From: Macrostomum lignano | Lineage: Eukaryota | DNA length: 64,000 bases | Direction: 5' to 3' | Assembly (NCBI GenBank): GCA_002269645.1 | Contig: NIVC01001739.1 | Coordinates: 73,727 to 137,726, forward strand | Shown here: positions 1-17,323 of the stretch, in pieces | How the letters are laid out: the number at the start of each line of letters is the position of its first letter | Numbering within the stretch: the first letter of the stretch is position 1 | The notes under the pieces: model-generated | Told to the model about the DNA's origin: nothing | The model's input: only the letters and a program-made list of their open reading frames with translations | Databases searched by the model: none | Translations under genes and position numbers: made by a program

Positions 1-4792
<4,792 letters not shown>

Positions 4793-4799
4793 CGTTCGG

Positions 4800-4815
4800 C
4801 TGGAGAAAAAAAAAG
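4800..4815 (-). promoter_or_regulatory. Splice acceptor (candidate trans-splice site) 7 nt upstream of the FGGY ATG
   Basis: Minus strand poly-T + CTCCAG|CCGAACG-ATG, about 140 nt downstream of the SART1 stop codon. Confidence 0.55.
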
Positions 4816-4941
4816 CATCGAGGGCAGTTTCATCATTAATGTCATTTTGACCCGTCAAGTCTAACAAAGCGTCTCAGTACAAGTTACAGCAGCAACTGTT
4901 CAATAGTTTACCAGATTAGATTGGCCAGTTTGTTAATGCCG

Positions 4942-7364
4942 TCATTTCGACACACCGGACGGTAGCGAGGCGGCAGCGGCCCGGCCACTCAGGCACACGT
5001 AGGCCGTGCCCTGCCGCTCCAGCTTGGCGTGCAGCTTCTCGGCCGTGCCCAGCGGCGTGTCCGAGCTGCCCATCGACTTCAGCAGCTCCTCTTCTTTAAT
5101 CTTCTTCAAGCGTTTCTCAGTTTTCTTCTTGCCGCTACCCTTGCCGTGGAATCGATGGCTGAGATAGTCGAACGCATCTTTCTGGTTCAACACTCGACCG
5201 TCATCATCAGTGTACTCCAGCTTCACGTCGGGCTTGTAGTTTCTCAACTCTTTGAACTCCTGAACTCCGCCGCCGCCGCCGCCGCCACCGAAGCTCAGCC
5301 GATCGCGCCGACCAAATTTAGCATCGATATCGTCGTGTCGTAGGTCCTCTTGGAACACTTTCTTAGCCCGAAGGCCCGACACTCCGCTTGAGCCGGCAGC
5401 GGCGTCGCGGCGCCCGCCGGAGCTCTCCAGGTAGCCCTTGCGCCTGGCCAGTTCCAGCGCCGCCCCAATGCCGCCTTTGCGCAGCTCCGGCTCCTCCTCG
5501 AGGATGCCGCCAGCACCGCCGCCGCCGGCTTGCTCCGCGTCCGACACGTCTATGCTGTCTTCATCGTCAGCTGCTGTCCGTCTTCGATACTGCTCCGAGA
5601 AGGCTGCTGCTGCTGCTGCTGCTGTTGCCGCATCGCAGACTCCGGATCAACCTCCATCCAGGTGCCAACCTGCTGCTGCTTGCGCCGACCATAAATGCTG
5701 TAGTCGTCCTCTAAGCCGTCCTCATCGTCGCCAGCATCGACATCCGCGGCTGCTGCCGAAGCTTCAAACGATGCGGCCTCGGCGGCATCGGCCACCGCTG
5801 CTCTGGCCTCAGCCTGGGCCACCGCAACAGCTGTAGCAGCTTTGGAGGCGTCGCCAAGACTTCGGCAAAACTCGGCAGTGGTGTCAAACACCATGCCAGA
5901 GGAAGCCGACGGTAAGCCGCTGCTGTCCTCTTCTTGGTCCTGTTTGTCACGTCGATTCACCACTGGCAGCTGCCTGGGCCGCCTCCTGCCGTCCTGCTGT
6001 TGAACTCGGCGAGCCCGTTCCAACAGCAGCTGCAAATCTTCGAGAGCTTCATCAGCCACGGAGGGAGTCTGCTCAATGATTTCGGCATCAGTCAGGCCCG
6101 GCATTGTTGGAGCTTCATCGACTAATTCTCCCTCCTCTTGGCGACCTTTGCTGGCCTCCTCATCGTCTACTAGGGGCAGCAAATCGTCCGCTTTCAGCAT
6201 GCGCGATTTCGGCACTTTACGCTTGCGCCGTTTAAACTTGGCGGCTTCGGCCACCTCGGCAGCTGACAGATAGTCGGCCGCCAGCTTCAGCTCCGATGGA
6301 CCGTCCAGCGAGACCGACGCGGCAGCCACGGCGTCTCTGGCCAGCGCCGCTGCCGACTTTGCAGCCGGAGCCTCCGTCTCACCGCCAGCGAGCACGAATG
6401 CCCTCTTCCTCGAGGCCGAGTCCGCTGCAATCACCGAGTCGTACTTGGCCAACACTGACGGCCCCGCCGCGCCTCCGAGTTCATCATCTTCATCGTCTAA
6501 TCCAGCCTCTCCCTCCAGACCGGCGTTGGCGGCGTGCCAAGCTGAGCCTACCTGGGCTCGATTCCTGACATTCTCAGCGTGCCGCTCGTCATCAACCATG
6601 TTGACATTGATCAGCGTCTCTGCCGCATCGTCATCGTTGCTGTCCAACACTCCGCGATCCTGCAGCACCAGCACGGTGGTCTGGCCTTCTTTGAACTTCT
6701 TGGCCGAGTGCGCCACCCGGAGGCCGGCCAGATCGTTGCTAGAATAAGCCGACGAAGCCACGTCAGCTTCGACCAGCCGGCTGACATCGAACTCGGCGTC
6801 CAGCTCGGCCAGCTCCTTGGCTCGCTGCTCAGCCAACCGACGCTCGGCCTCGAGATTCCTGCTGCGCTCAATCCAGGCGGCAGCGGACAGGTCTTTGTCC
6901 TCCTCGTCACTGTCGTCACCGAGCCCGCGGAGTCGAGTCAATTTCTCACGCATCTCGCGTTTCTGCCAGCCAATCAGGGTTCGCTCTTGAACTTTGGCGG
7001 AGTGCTTAGCCTGGGTCAAACTCTTCGCCGGAGCGTGCAGGAAATTCGTTGACGAAGATCCCGGCTTCGCCTTAGGATCCGAGGCCGAAGAGTTAACCTC
7101 GAGAGGCTTCAGGCCGAGCTTAGCTCGCAACTTGTTCGTCTCTTCGATGCTCAACGAGATCACATCGCCGCTGCTCTGCTGCTCTTCCTCATCCTGCTGA
7201 TGCTGCGGCTGTTTCTGCTGGCGCCGACTGGACGAGCTTGAGGAAGCCTGAGCCTGACTAGAAGAAGACGGCGCTGGCGGCGGAGGAGCAGGCGATGCAG
7301 AGCGGGAACGCCTGCGGCGCTTTCGTTTCTCGCTTTTCTTACTACTGGTGTCGCCGGTGCCCAT
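4942..7364 (-). CDS. SART1: U4/U6.U5 tri-snRNP-associated protein 1 (Snu66); single long exon with one frameshift near 5634
   Basis: HIND motif SLSIEETNKLRAKLGLKPL; DLAGLRVAHSAKKFKEGQTTVLVLQDRGVLD; C-terminal YKPDVKLEYTDDDGRVLNQKDAFDYLSHRFHGKGSGKKKTEKRLKK and SDTPLGT. Split over ORFs 5550-7364 and 4942-5547. Confidence 0.93.
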
Positions 7365-7370
7365 GGCTGT

Positions 7371-7385
7371 CTGGCAGAAATATTG
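7371..7385 (-). promoter_or_regulatory. Splice acceptor (candidate trans-splice site) 6 nt upstream of the SART1 ATG
   Basis: Minus strand ATATTTCTGCCAG|ACAGCC-ATG. Confidence 0.5.
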
Positions 7386-7512
7386 GAATCAATAAATGCA
7401 TACATGTATTTTTATGTGTGGCCTCTTTTATTAATATGATTAGCGTTAGTCTTAGTCCATCGATGTTCACAACCCTATATAATAGCAATAATAATAATAA
7501 TAATTGATTACA

Positions 7513-7800
7513 CCTGCCCCAATTGGGCCAGATGTGCAACCGACAGCTTAGCCGCAGCTATTGCGAGGCGCATCTGAAGGCTGCGTACGGCTGTTCAGTC
7601 CAAGAATCGGGAGGGGGGTCGCCACGCACCCTTCCTTAACTATCCCAGCTAATGCTGGCACACATTTTACAGCTAGGTGAACTGAAGCAATGCAGAATTA
7701 AATGTTTTGTTTAAGGACACAAATTTTTCCAGCGGGATAGGGAATCGAACCCCCGACCTTCAAGTCGTGAGTCCGACGCTCTTACCACTAGGCTGCAACC
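7513..7800 (-). mobile_element. tRNA-derived SINE, family A, copy 1
   Basis: Minus strand head with A box (GCCTAGTGG) and B box (GGTTCGATTCC), body with TGTCCTT...CAGTTCACCTAGCTGTAAAATG, adjacent (TTA)n tail. Homologous to 37985-38212 and 48250-48530. Confidence 0.8.
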
Positions 7801-8496
7801 CATGTTAAATCCTATCCTATATACATACTAACTACTCATCTTGAAAGTAATTACGGAATATTTTTTATATACGAGCGTAGAATTTGAAAAAATCAGTAAA
7901 AATGATCAACAAATATTTTTCCAAATAAAAGGTATTAACGTTTCGCCAAAATAAACTTTTATTTTTAATCTCTAAAGTCAGCGGTGAAAGACTCGAGGAC
8001 AGAATAGACATTTTAAAAAGTATTGAAATGGAAAGCGACCAAACAGAAAATGCAAGTTGTCAGAATGCAATTACAAATCATACTCAATAGATTATTTCTG
8101 GTAGGCCATACTTCTTGTACAAATTTGAAATGCGTACTTTTAATTTAATATTACTAAAGCTAAAGACAGCAAAGTAAAAAATAAAATGCATTATAGACAG
8201 ACGTTGCTACGATAGCTACTTTAATAGCGATGATAAATAAAACGAAAAAATGCATAGAGCAATAAAATCTTTTTCCCCATATGTATCGAAGAGACCAAAC
8301 TTTATATAGCGTTATTATGCCGATATGTATCGAAAGTCAACTTAAGGGTATATCGAAGGTCAATGGAATGTCAACTTTATAAAGCGTACATTGCCATAGC
8401 CGATATGTATCGAAAGTCAACTTTACAAACCGTATTTTGTCATATCCGATATGTATGGAAAGTAAACTTTATGATGAGTGAATTGCTACAGTTACA

Positions 8497-11400
8497 TCAG
8501 TGCGGATCGAACATAAACCCAGCGGGCGACGCGGCCGCCCGTTCCGCCTTGTCTCGGCGGTATTCAACGAACTGCAACACTCCGGCGACGGCAAATGCCA
8601 GACCGCTGGCCAGCAGGAAGGCCAGCCCAACTCCCCACACGTGCGGATGACTGAACGGTCGGACAATGAGCCACGTCAGCCATTTGTGCGGCTGGTCTGG
8701 CGGCCTGGGTGCTACTAATAGTAGCGAGTTTGGCATGATAAAACCGAAGTCCTGTTGACGCCGATTGGGACCGTCCGCATCGCCTGGATCAATAAAAAAT
8801 TGTTCGTTGCTAACTGGTTCGATTCCTACTTTGAATTTATCACTGAAACTAGCAGGCAGGCAGACACAGACTGAAATACAGACAACCATTGGCAAATAAA
8901 TGTTAAATATTGTCAACAGACACTGATACAGACAGACAGCCATACAGACACTGATACATACAGACAGACAGCCATACAGACACTGATACAGACAGACAGA
9001 CAGCCATACAGACACTGATACAGACAGACAGACAGCCATACAGACACTGATACAGACAGACAGACAGCCATACAGACACTGATACAGACAGACAGACAGC
9101 CATACAGACACTGATACAGACAGCCATACAGACACTGATACAGACACAGACAGCCATACAGACACTGATACAGACAGACAGACAGCCATACAGACACTGA
9201 TACAGACAGACAGACAGCCATACAGACACTGATACAGACAGACAGACAGCCATACAGACACTGATACAGACAGACAGACAGCCATACAGACACTGATACA
9301 GACAGACAGACAGCCATACAGACACTGATACAGACAGACAGACAGCCATACAGACACTGATACAGACAGACAGACAGCCATACAGACACTGATACAGACA
9401 GACAGACAGCCATACAGACACTGATACAGACAGACAGACAGCCATACAGACACTGATACAGACAGACAGACAGCCATACAGACACTGATACATACAGACA
9501 GACAGCCATACAGACACTGATACAGACAGACAGACAGCCATACAGACACTGATACAGACAGACAGACAGCCATACAGACACTGATACAGACAGACAGACA
9601 GCCATACAGACACTGATACAGACAGACAGACAGCCATACAGACACTGATACAGACAGACAGACAGCCATACAGACACTGATACAGACAGACAGACAGCCA
9701 TACAGACACTGATACAGACAGACAGACAGCCATACAGACACTGATACAGACAGACAGACAGCCATACAGACACAGACAGCCATACAGACACTGATACAGA
9801 CACAGACAGCCATACAGACACTGATACAGACAGACAGACAGCCATACAGACACTGATACAGACACAGACAGCCATACAGACACTGATACAGACAGACAGA
9901 CCTCTTCCGCCGGGCACATTGTCGGGCACGGCCACAGTCAGCCGCTCAATGTAGTTGCTATACTGGCCGAGGCCGAAGTGCATCTCAGGCAGTGGTAGGC
10001 GGCCGTGAGCAGAGGACTGCGCCAGCTGGCAGGCGGTCTCGGCCCGATGGCCGCCGCTGCGCCGCTCGATGGACAGCTGGACACAGGGCCCGGGCGCCGG
10101 GAGGCCCTGCGGCAGGCGGCCGTAGGTGCAGGACTGCTGGCTGCGGCCCCAGCAGCGAGCGGAATTGAGGCTTTGAATGCGAAAGAAATTTCCAGGCTGA
10201 CTGTGCACCTGGGTTTTGAGATAGCAATGTTACCTGTGCGTCATCTTTCAGAGGCTGAACATTGAAACGTTTGAAAATACTTTTATTTAAACATTGTATA
10301 TTCCGGTAGCATTAAAAAGGCAGCCGAAGATTTCCTTGCTTTGGAAGAAGAGACGAGGAGTTGGATTTCCTACGACAGAAGAAAGGGATCCTTGAACTTG
10401 AAAATGGATTTCGAATCTAGAGAAAATGGTATTTCTAAAAATGGGATTCCCTAACTCTAAAAGGGGGAATTCCTAAACTTCAAAAATGAAACTTTCTAAC
10501 TCGGAAAAGGGGATTCCCCACATAGCAAAGGGGGATTCCCTAACTTTAAAAAGGGGATTTCCCAAAAAGCAAAGAGGGATTCCCTAACTTTAAAAAGAGG
10601 ATTCCCCAAAAAGCAAAGGGGGATTCCCTAAGTTAAAAAGGGGATTACCTAACTTTAAAAGGGGGATTTCCCAACCAGCAAAGAGGGATTCCTTAACTTT
10701 AATGGATTCCCTAACTATAAAAAGGGGATTTCTCAACTAGCAAAGAGGGATTCCCTAACTTTAAAAGGGGGATTCCCTAACTTCGACAAAGGGATTTCCA
10801 AACTAGCAAGGAGGGATTCCCTAACTTCAAAAAGAAGTAAATATCTTAGAAAAGCAGACTTAAGATTTAAACAAACTATCGGAAACGGTCAACTGACTTT
10901 GAAAGGGGATACGAAATCATGAATGAAGAATGAGAATTTCAGACAAAGGCCCGCCTATCCAAGACAATCTGAGCGCACCTGAGAGTAGGTCCGACTAACA
11001 GCAGCACCGGTGGGGTGCCGACACAGGGTGAGCAGGTCTGGCGAGCCGTCCAAATCCAGCTCGGCCGGAGCCACAGCCGCCAGAGCCCATTGGCCGCCCT
11101 CGCTAATGTGAGCTTGGCAGGCGGCCAATAGAGGCAGCTCCTCGGCCCGAAACCGGAAGCTGCTAGCGCTGGCGCCAGAAGCGCAATCGACCGCCGTAGG
11201 CGTCGAATCGTCGTCCGACACGGAGCGAAGCAGGCCGGGAACGAGGGCGCCGTCCGACAAGCGACGCAGCAGACAGACCAGATCCTGACGCCCGTCAAGA
11301 TCGAAGTCGGCTGCTCGTAAACGGAGCAGCAGTTGACTGCTCGACGGCAGCTCCGGATGAAGAGCGAAGCTGAATGAGGATTACGAGGATTACTATTGAG

Positions 11401-13965
11401 CATACTTTTGAAATATAAGTACTCATAAGTAACAGAAAATTTTGAAAATGTTCGAATTAGACTACTTACAGACGAATATCAGTAAGCAAGCAGCGCATTT
11501 CAGCAACTATTTTTAGGAGAATGAACTAATTATTATACTACTGACCAACTTGCAAGTAGCCAAGTAAAGAGTTTAGATATCTTTATTTAATAAAAGCAAT
11601 AAATAATTACTAATGCAGTTATAAATTAGCTCGCCAACCTGGACCCAAGACCGTCGACACCGGCGCGACACCAAGCGGCGGCGCCGCTACTGTAGATCCA
11701 CACAGCCGAACTATTGCTACTACAACGCCACGCAGCAGTTTTAAGTCGAGTCTTCAAGCCGACGACACTGTCGCTAGTAAATTCCTGCAGACAGACTGGC
11801 AGCGCCAGGTCGACGCCGGCGTCGGAATCTGCCGACATTGGCTCCGGCGGACCAACGGCAACATTGAACTTACTCCCATTGCTGCTGTTTGTATGGTTAT
11901 CGTTGTGCTTCAGCTCTTTAGCCAGTAAAAATTTGGGCAGCAGAGCAAATGCTGACAGGCCGGTTTGTCGTTTAAAGCCGCCTGACTCTGCCGAAGCCGA
12001 CAGAAGGACGAATTTCTCCTCAGCCGGTCCGACAAATACGCGAAGCAGCAGGTCGGAGCGCAGATCGGCGTTGAGATCGACAAACAAGTTGGCGTTCGGG
12101 GCGGCTTGCGGAGACAGGCCGGGAAACGCGTCAGTGTAATTGGTGAAGCTGGGACAGCGTAGATGAGGGGCAGGATTTGAAATATAGATAAATAACCTTC
12201 AATTATAACTGCAATCAACGATGAAATTAAGCGACAAAAGAGACAGACACTGAGACTGGCAACAGACAGACACAGATAGACAGACACTGAGACTGGCAAC
12301 AGACAGACACAGATAGACAGACACTGAGACAGATAGGCAGACACCGAGACAGATCGGCACAAGGTCTGAGACTGAAAGGCAGACACTGACACAGACAGAC
12401 AATGAGACAGACAGGCAGACACTGAGACAGGTGGACAGACAGCTACGTAGGCAAGGAGACACAGACAGACAGAGATCAGTCTTACGCACAGGCAGCAATA
12501 AAAAGCAGCCCCTCCAGTCGCTCACCTGAACTGTTTGTGCCTGCCACAAAACACCACAGGCTTGCCGGGCGCCACTTCAACAAGAAAGTCGGTCACCAAA
12601 TCAGCATTGTAGTCGAACAGCGTGGGCTGATCAACGGCCTCCGTTACCATGGCAACTTGGCCAACAGACTGGCGATCTGTCTGGCCATAGGCTATCCATA
12701 ATCTCAGCCGATCAGTAGAGTTGTCCCTCACCGATATCAACAAATCTGGCAGGGCGTCGCCGTTAAAGTCTGCCACCGAGGTGGCTTCAATCACGGCTTG
12801 CCCACCGCCTGGCAGGAGAAGATCGGTTGATCTCAACAAAGTGTGGCTTGACGCTATCGAGGGCACCATGACGGAGGCTTCCTGTGGAATGCAGTGTCGA
12901 ATGTGCAGCCGCACATGATTCGGATTTAAGCCTTCTCTCAGAGTCGCTATCTACTGGTGCGTTTGTCTGCTGCTTATGGGTCTCTCCATGTCACTCTTGT
13001 CTCTCCCTGCCATTCTGGTCTCTCCCCCTGTCCCTCAGGTCTCTCCCCCTGTCCCTCAGGTCTCTCTCCTTGTTCCTCTGGTCTCTCTCCCTGTTTCTCT
13101 GGTCTCTCTCCCTGTCTCTCTGGTCTCTCTCCTTGTTTCTCTGGTCTCTCTCCCTGTCTCTCTGGTCTCTCTCCCTGTCTCTCTGGTTTCTCCCCTCTGT
13201 CCCTCAGGTCTCTCCTTGTTCCTCTGGTCTCTCTCCCTGTCTCTCTGGTCTCTCTCCCTGTCTCTCTGGTCTCTCTCCCTGTCTCTCTGGTCTCTCTCCC
13301 TGTCTCTCTGGTTTCTCCCCTCTGTCCCTCAGGTCTCTCCTTGTTCCTCTGGTCTCTCTCCTTGTTCCTCTGGTCTCTCTCCCTGTCTCTCTGGTCTCTC
13401 TCCCTGTCTCTCTGGTCTCTCTCCCTGTCTCTCTGGTCTCTCTCCCTGTCTCTCTGGTCTCTTTCCCTGTCTCTCTGGTCTCTCTCCCTGTCTCTCTGGT
13501 TTCTCCCCTCTGTCCCTCAGGTCTCTCTCCTTGTTCCTCTGGTCTCTCTCCCTGTCTCTCTGGTCTCTCTCCCTGTCTCTCTGGTCTCTTTCCCTGTCTC
13601 TCTGGTCTCTCTCCCTGTCTCTCTGGTCTCTCTGTTTCTCTGCTTCCTGCCCTGCCTTCTGACCCTACTTCTTTACAGCACACCTTGAGTTGCATTACCT
13701 GCTCCCACAGATGCAGCCGTATTAACTGTTTATTAGATTGCTTATTCCGCTCGCTGTTACTAGCAGCTTCAAGCGCTATAAAATCAATCCAGCCATCTGC
13801 ATCGAAATCAACGTAAGCAAGAATTTCTCCATCAATCTGAGCATTGCGATAGAAGCTAAGCTTGGTTAGCTCCTCACTTGAGCAGATTAATAGTTGAGAC
13901 GAGGCTGTCAATAGCATAATCAGTTGTAGCCATTGCAATAAGGGCAGATTACGAGGTGGTGGCAT
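8497..13965 (-). CDS. ITFG1: ITFG1/LINKIN (T-cell immunomodulatory protein), FG-GAP repeat membrane protein; exons 13965-13699, 12950-12526, 12148-11639, 11369-10979, 10208-9902, 8783-8497
   Basis: Signal peptide; FG-GAP loops (YVDFDADGWID, ADFNGDALPD, FDYNADLVTD, VDLNADLRSD, ADFDLDGRQD); ACQLAQSSAHGRLPLPEMHFGLGQYSNYIE; IMPNSLLLVAP; TM; C-terminal DKAER...FMFDPH. Intron phases are compatible. Confidence 0.92.
8860..9901. repeat. 32-bp higher-order repeat derived from (GACA)n, fills ITFG1 intron 5
   Basis: Unit GACAGACAGACAGCCATACAGACACTGATACA. Confidence 0.95.
10440..10830. repeat. Degenerate ~21-22 bp minisatellite (GGGGATTCCCTAACTTTAAAA), ITFG1 intron 4
   Basis: Visible diverged units. 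Confidence 0.8.
12240..12480. repeat. Degenerate GACA/GAGA-rich tandem repeat, ITFG1 intron 2
   Basis: Direct reading. Confidence 0.75.
13010..13640. repeat. 21-bp CT-rich minisatellite (GGTCTCTCTCCCTGTCTCTCT), ITFG1 intron 1
   Basis: Visible tandem units. Confidence 0.95.
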
Positions 13966-15096
13966 GGCATTTATAAGGCTCAGAGCTGCTCAAAATATTT
14001 ACAGAAAGTGTATTTAAAGGGTTATCTAAGTGTATAAAGTGTATAAGAATTCATCTAGTACCAACACACAGTTAAATATGTATCATGCAAATGCTCTTAT
14101 ACCATCCAGTGCTACAGTGAGGTGATTTTGAATCACAGTGGTCTAAGCCTATCTAACTACAAGGTAATTTATTAGTGTAAAGCTTAATATACTAATAGGT
14201 TCCACAACAAAAACAATATTATTAAGCCATGCATATATTCATATAGATATACAATAGCTCTAATTTGTTTTTCATTTAAGCATATATATTTCATTGTCAC
14301 TATGCCTTAAGAGTTCACCCTTATGACTTAAGGGTATTAATTGCATAAGTAGACCTAAGCTTAAATAATTCTACTAAGGCCTAAATTAATATAACAACAT
14401 TTGAAATCATGCATTGGCAAAGGCTACTGGCATATCAGTGTCATGCTAGACTACAAGGCTAGGCCTATGGCCTTCCTATAGTCTATATGTGCCTAATGAT
14501 AAATAAAATAAGTAGGGCCACTATATATTCATATGCTATATCATACATGCACAACTTCCAAAATTTGGTTGGCTATGTGACTAAGTAATAAAAATGTAAT
14601 ATAGTTTTCAGCCAAAAAATGTGACTTACATTTAAAAAAACCCAAAAGAAAAATTAACGTAACTTTGGATAAATGGCAAGAGTAACTATGACTGTCTTAT
14701 TAAGGCAAAATGCTTCATTATCAACTTAGTACTACTTGGGTATTTACTTGGGTGGGCACTTATGCGACTTAACTTGGTTGGCCACCAAATCAGTTAGCCA
14801 GATCAGCCAACTCAGCCAACTGTTATGTATGTATGTGCTATATATGCATATATGTACTTATTATATATAAGAAGTCACTCTAAAAGTTTTTGCATTTAAC
14901 CAATTCCCTGCAATATGACTTGTCTTGAATCTTATCTTGTCTTGACTTGAAATGACTTGTCACCAAAATGACTAGTACATAGCTGACTAGGTCTGATGCC
15001 AAAAAAATTATAAGACATCAGTTTGCATGCTGGAACTAAACAATGTTATTGACACAATGTTTTTACAATGTCATGTATGTTAGAATATATTATTAA

Positions 15097-15964
15097 CAGT
15101 GTTGGGCACCGTTAATGAAAATCTTAACTTCCATTAATAGCAAAAGCGTTAGCGTTAAAACAAAAAAATCTTAACTTTTTAACTCCTAATTTTGTTAAGT
15201 TAACTGATAATCGTTAATAAGCGTTAATCCATTAAATTTAACATAGAAAATATGGAAATCTTGCACGTTTTTTCCAAAACAGACTTCGTATTGCACGTAT
15301 TTGCTATTCCATCTTTTTAGCGAAACACAGAGGTCATCTAAGCGATTTGAAAGCTAAAAAAGTAATAAATAATCATTTTAAAAACTTGCATGCATAATAC
15401 TACTAAAAGTAAAGCATATGGTAAAAAGTAACTTATTTTATTTGAAACTTAAAAGCTAATAGCAAGAAATTCATAATTAAATACGCATAGGAAGGTTGTT
15501 TCAGTACCATTAGTAGGCGCAGCAGAAAGTTGCAAAATATTGGGACAGAAGTGAATCAAAGCGATCGATGCTCACATGCAAGAAATAAAGTTTCACTATT
15601 TAAATTCATTTTATTAAGTTTATTTGTAAGAAGTTGTTAATTACATGTACGTCTGTATGATCATCGTCATAAATAAAGAGATTATATTTAGGCATATATA
15701 TAGGTAAGCTCAAATACGTTTGTAATGTTTAAACTTCTTGTAAGACTTCTATTTTTTGTTCCTTCTTTGCGTCTTTGGTCATTGACATAAACACTACCAT
15801 TAACGATGAATTTATTGTTAATTCACAAAATTTTAACGCAAATTTGTTAATCCGTTAGTTCAAAAAATCTTAACAACAGCCCGTTAACATTAATGAAAAA
15901 TCTTAATGCTTATTAATGCTTATTAACGGATTAATGCTTATTAACGGACTGGTGCCCAATACTG
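15097..15964. mobile_element. Non-autonomous hAT-type element
   Basis: TIR CAGTGTTGGGCACC / GGTGCCCAATACTG; exact 8-bp TSD ATTATTAA at 15089-15096 and 15965-15972; TTAA(C)-rich subterminal repeats. Confidence 0.85.
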
Positions 15965-17084
15965 ATTATTAATATATATTAAAATGGTGAATACCCTTGT
16001 TATATACTAAGAAATCTTAGTATACATGTTATTTTCTAAACTATAGCTTAGTGCCAACAAAAAACCTAGGTTTCTGATCTTTTTTATGTTTGTTTTGATA
16101 TAATATACTTTAAATATAGTGCAACTTGTAAATTACATTGTGCTGCATTCTATGTTTTTTTTACTATTGAATATATGCTCTAAGATATTGACATGAAAAG
16201 GCTTCTATATGCCAGAATTTTATTGGGCAAAAAGACATAATCCTGATCTTGTCCTAAGTAAAATAGGCCTAAAAAATAAAAACTTATAATTACAAGTTTT
16301 TTTTTGTTTTCAAATAATTGATTTTTAATAGGCCTATATAGCCTATAGAAAACAAAGCTTTGAGATTTGATAAAATGACTTATTAAAATTAAAAATATTT
16401 TTCATGATTGCTAGGCCCTACTACTAAAAATAATATTATAGTCCAAATCATGCTAGGTGCATGTCTGAACAAAAATTAAAAAATTATAAATGACACAACG
16501 AAAAAATTGAATACATATCATGTAACTATAAGATAGTTAAAATTAAAATTGTCTTTTTATAGGATTTAAATAACAAGTTAGGCCTAGGCCTATCATATTT
16601 CTCTGAAATTTTGTGACTAATAAAATTAAACCTATAAAACTTGAAAGTTACATCTTACTTGAAATATAGGCCCTATATTTTATTTTATATATGATTATGA
16701 CTTGCAAATCTCTCATTATGAATAATAAGCTTTAAAATTAAAAATACAATATACTAGGCCTAATAATTAGACTTAGAGTTAGAGGTTGGACAGGATTGAA
16801 ATCTTTAGGTGGGATCAGGATTGGGAATAATTTTTTCTTGGGATTGGGATTATATCGGGCATGCATAGTTGGTGTGCTGTGTGTGCAGTGCATGGATCCT
16901 AAGAAAATAATATGTATATACACCTAGCATGCACTTTATAGAATTATGTGGAAAAGTTATTGTAAAGTAGAAAAAAGAAAAAAAGTTTATTTTTAAGCAT
17001 TAATTTTAAGCCTTTTGGTTTTTAAACTTGTAACAAAGCATTTTAACAAATCTTTGTGTATTAATTTTTTGCTATAAATAGTAT

Positions 17085-17323
17085 GGTGTAGGACCAAGAC
17101 TGCCACACACCAAGACCGCCACACTTGGGGAGCTTAGGGATAAATTTGAATTTATGTGTTATTAGATGGTGCTAGAGAGGAGATGAGTGGGTAGGAGAGC
17201 CAGCAGCGAGAAAAGAACCTATGAGAGGAATAGCAATGCTAGAAGATTGGTAGCTCCCCCTCAATACCAGTAGCCAGTAATAGCTGTGGTGGTCTTGGTG
17301 TATGGCAGTCTTGGTCATGCGCC
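17085..17323. mobile_element. MITE with ~38-bp imperfect TIR starting GG and 8-bp TSD (Merlin- or MULE-like)
   Basis: GACCAAGACTGCCACACACCAAGACCGCCAC versus its inverted copy at 17286-17316; TSD AATAGTAT at 17077-17084 and 17324-17331. Confidence 0.8.

Noticed and set aside
5550-5640. Programmed -1 ribosomal frameshift in SART1
   Set aside because: No X XXY YYZ slippery heptamer at the shift; a missing base is more parsimonious.
7730-7800. tRNA genes (also ~38140-38212, 48460-48530, 31270-31332, 35870-35941)
   Set aside because: tRNA-like heads run directly into shared SINE bodies and differ between copies at the anticodon position.
8903-9919. Long Cys/Val/Ser-rich ORFs here and similar ones at 97-698, 12884-13816, 18909-19761, 29669-30208, 42632-43235
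   Set aside because: Repeat translations running through introns; only the exon parts are coding.
10209-10254. 21-nt exon plus 25-nt micro-intron in ITFG1
   Set aside because: Direct splicing from 10979 to the acceptor at 10208 keeps frame and homology without a tiny intron.
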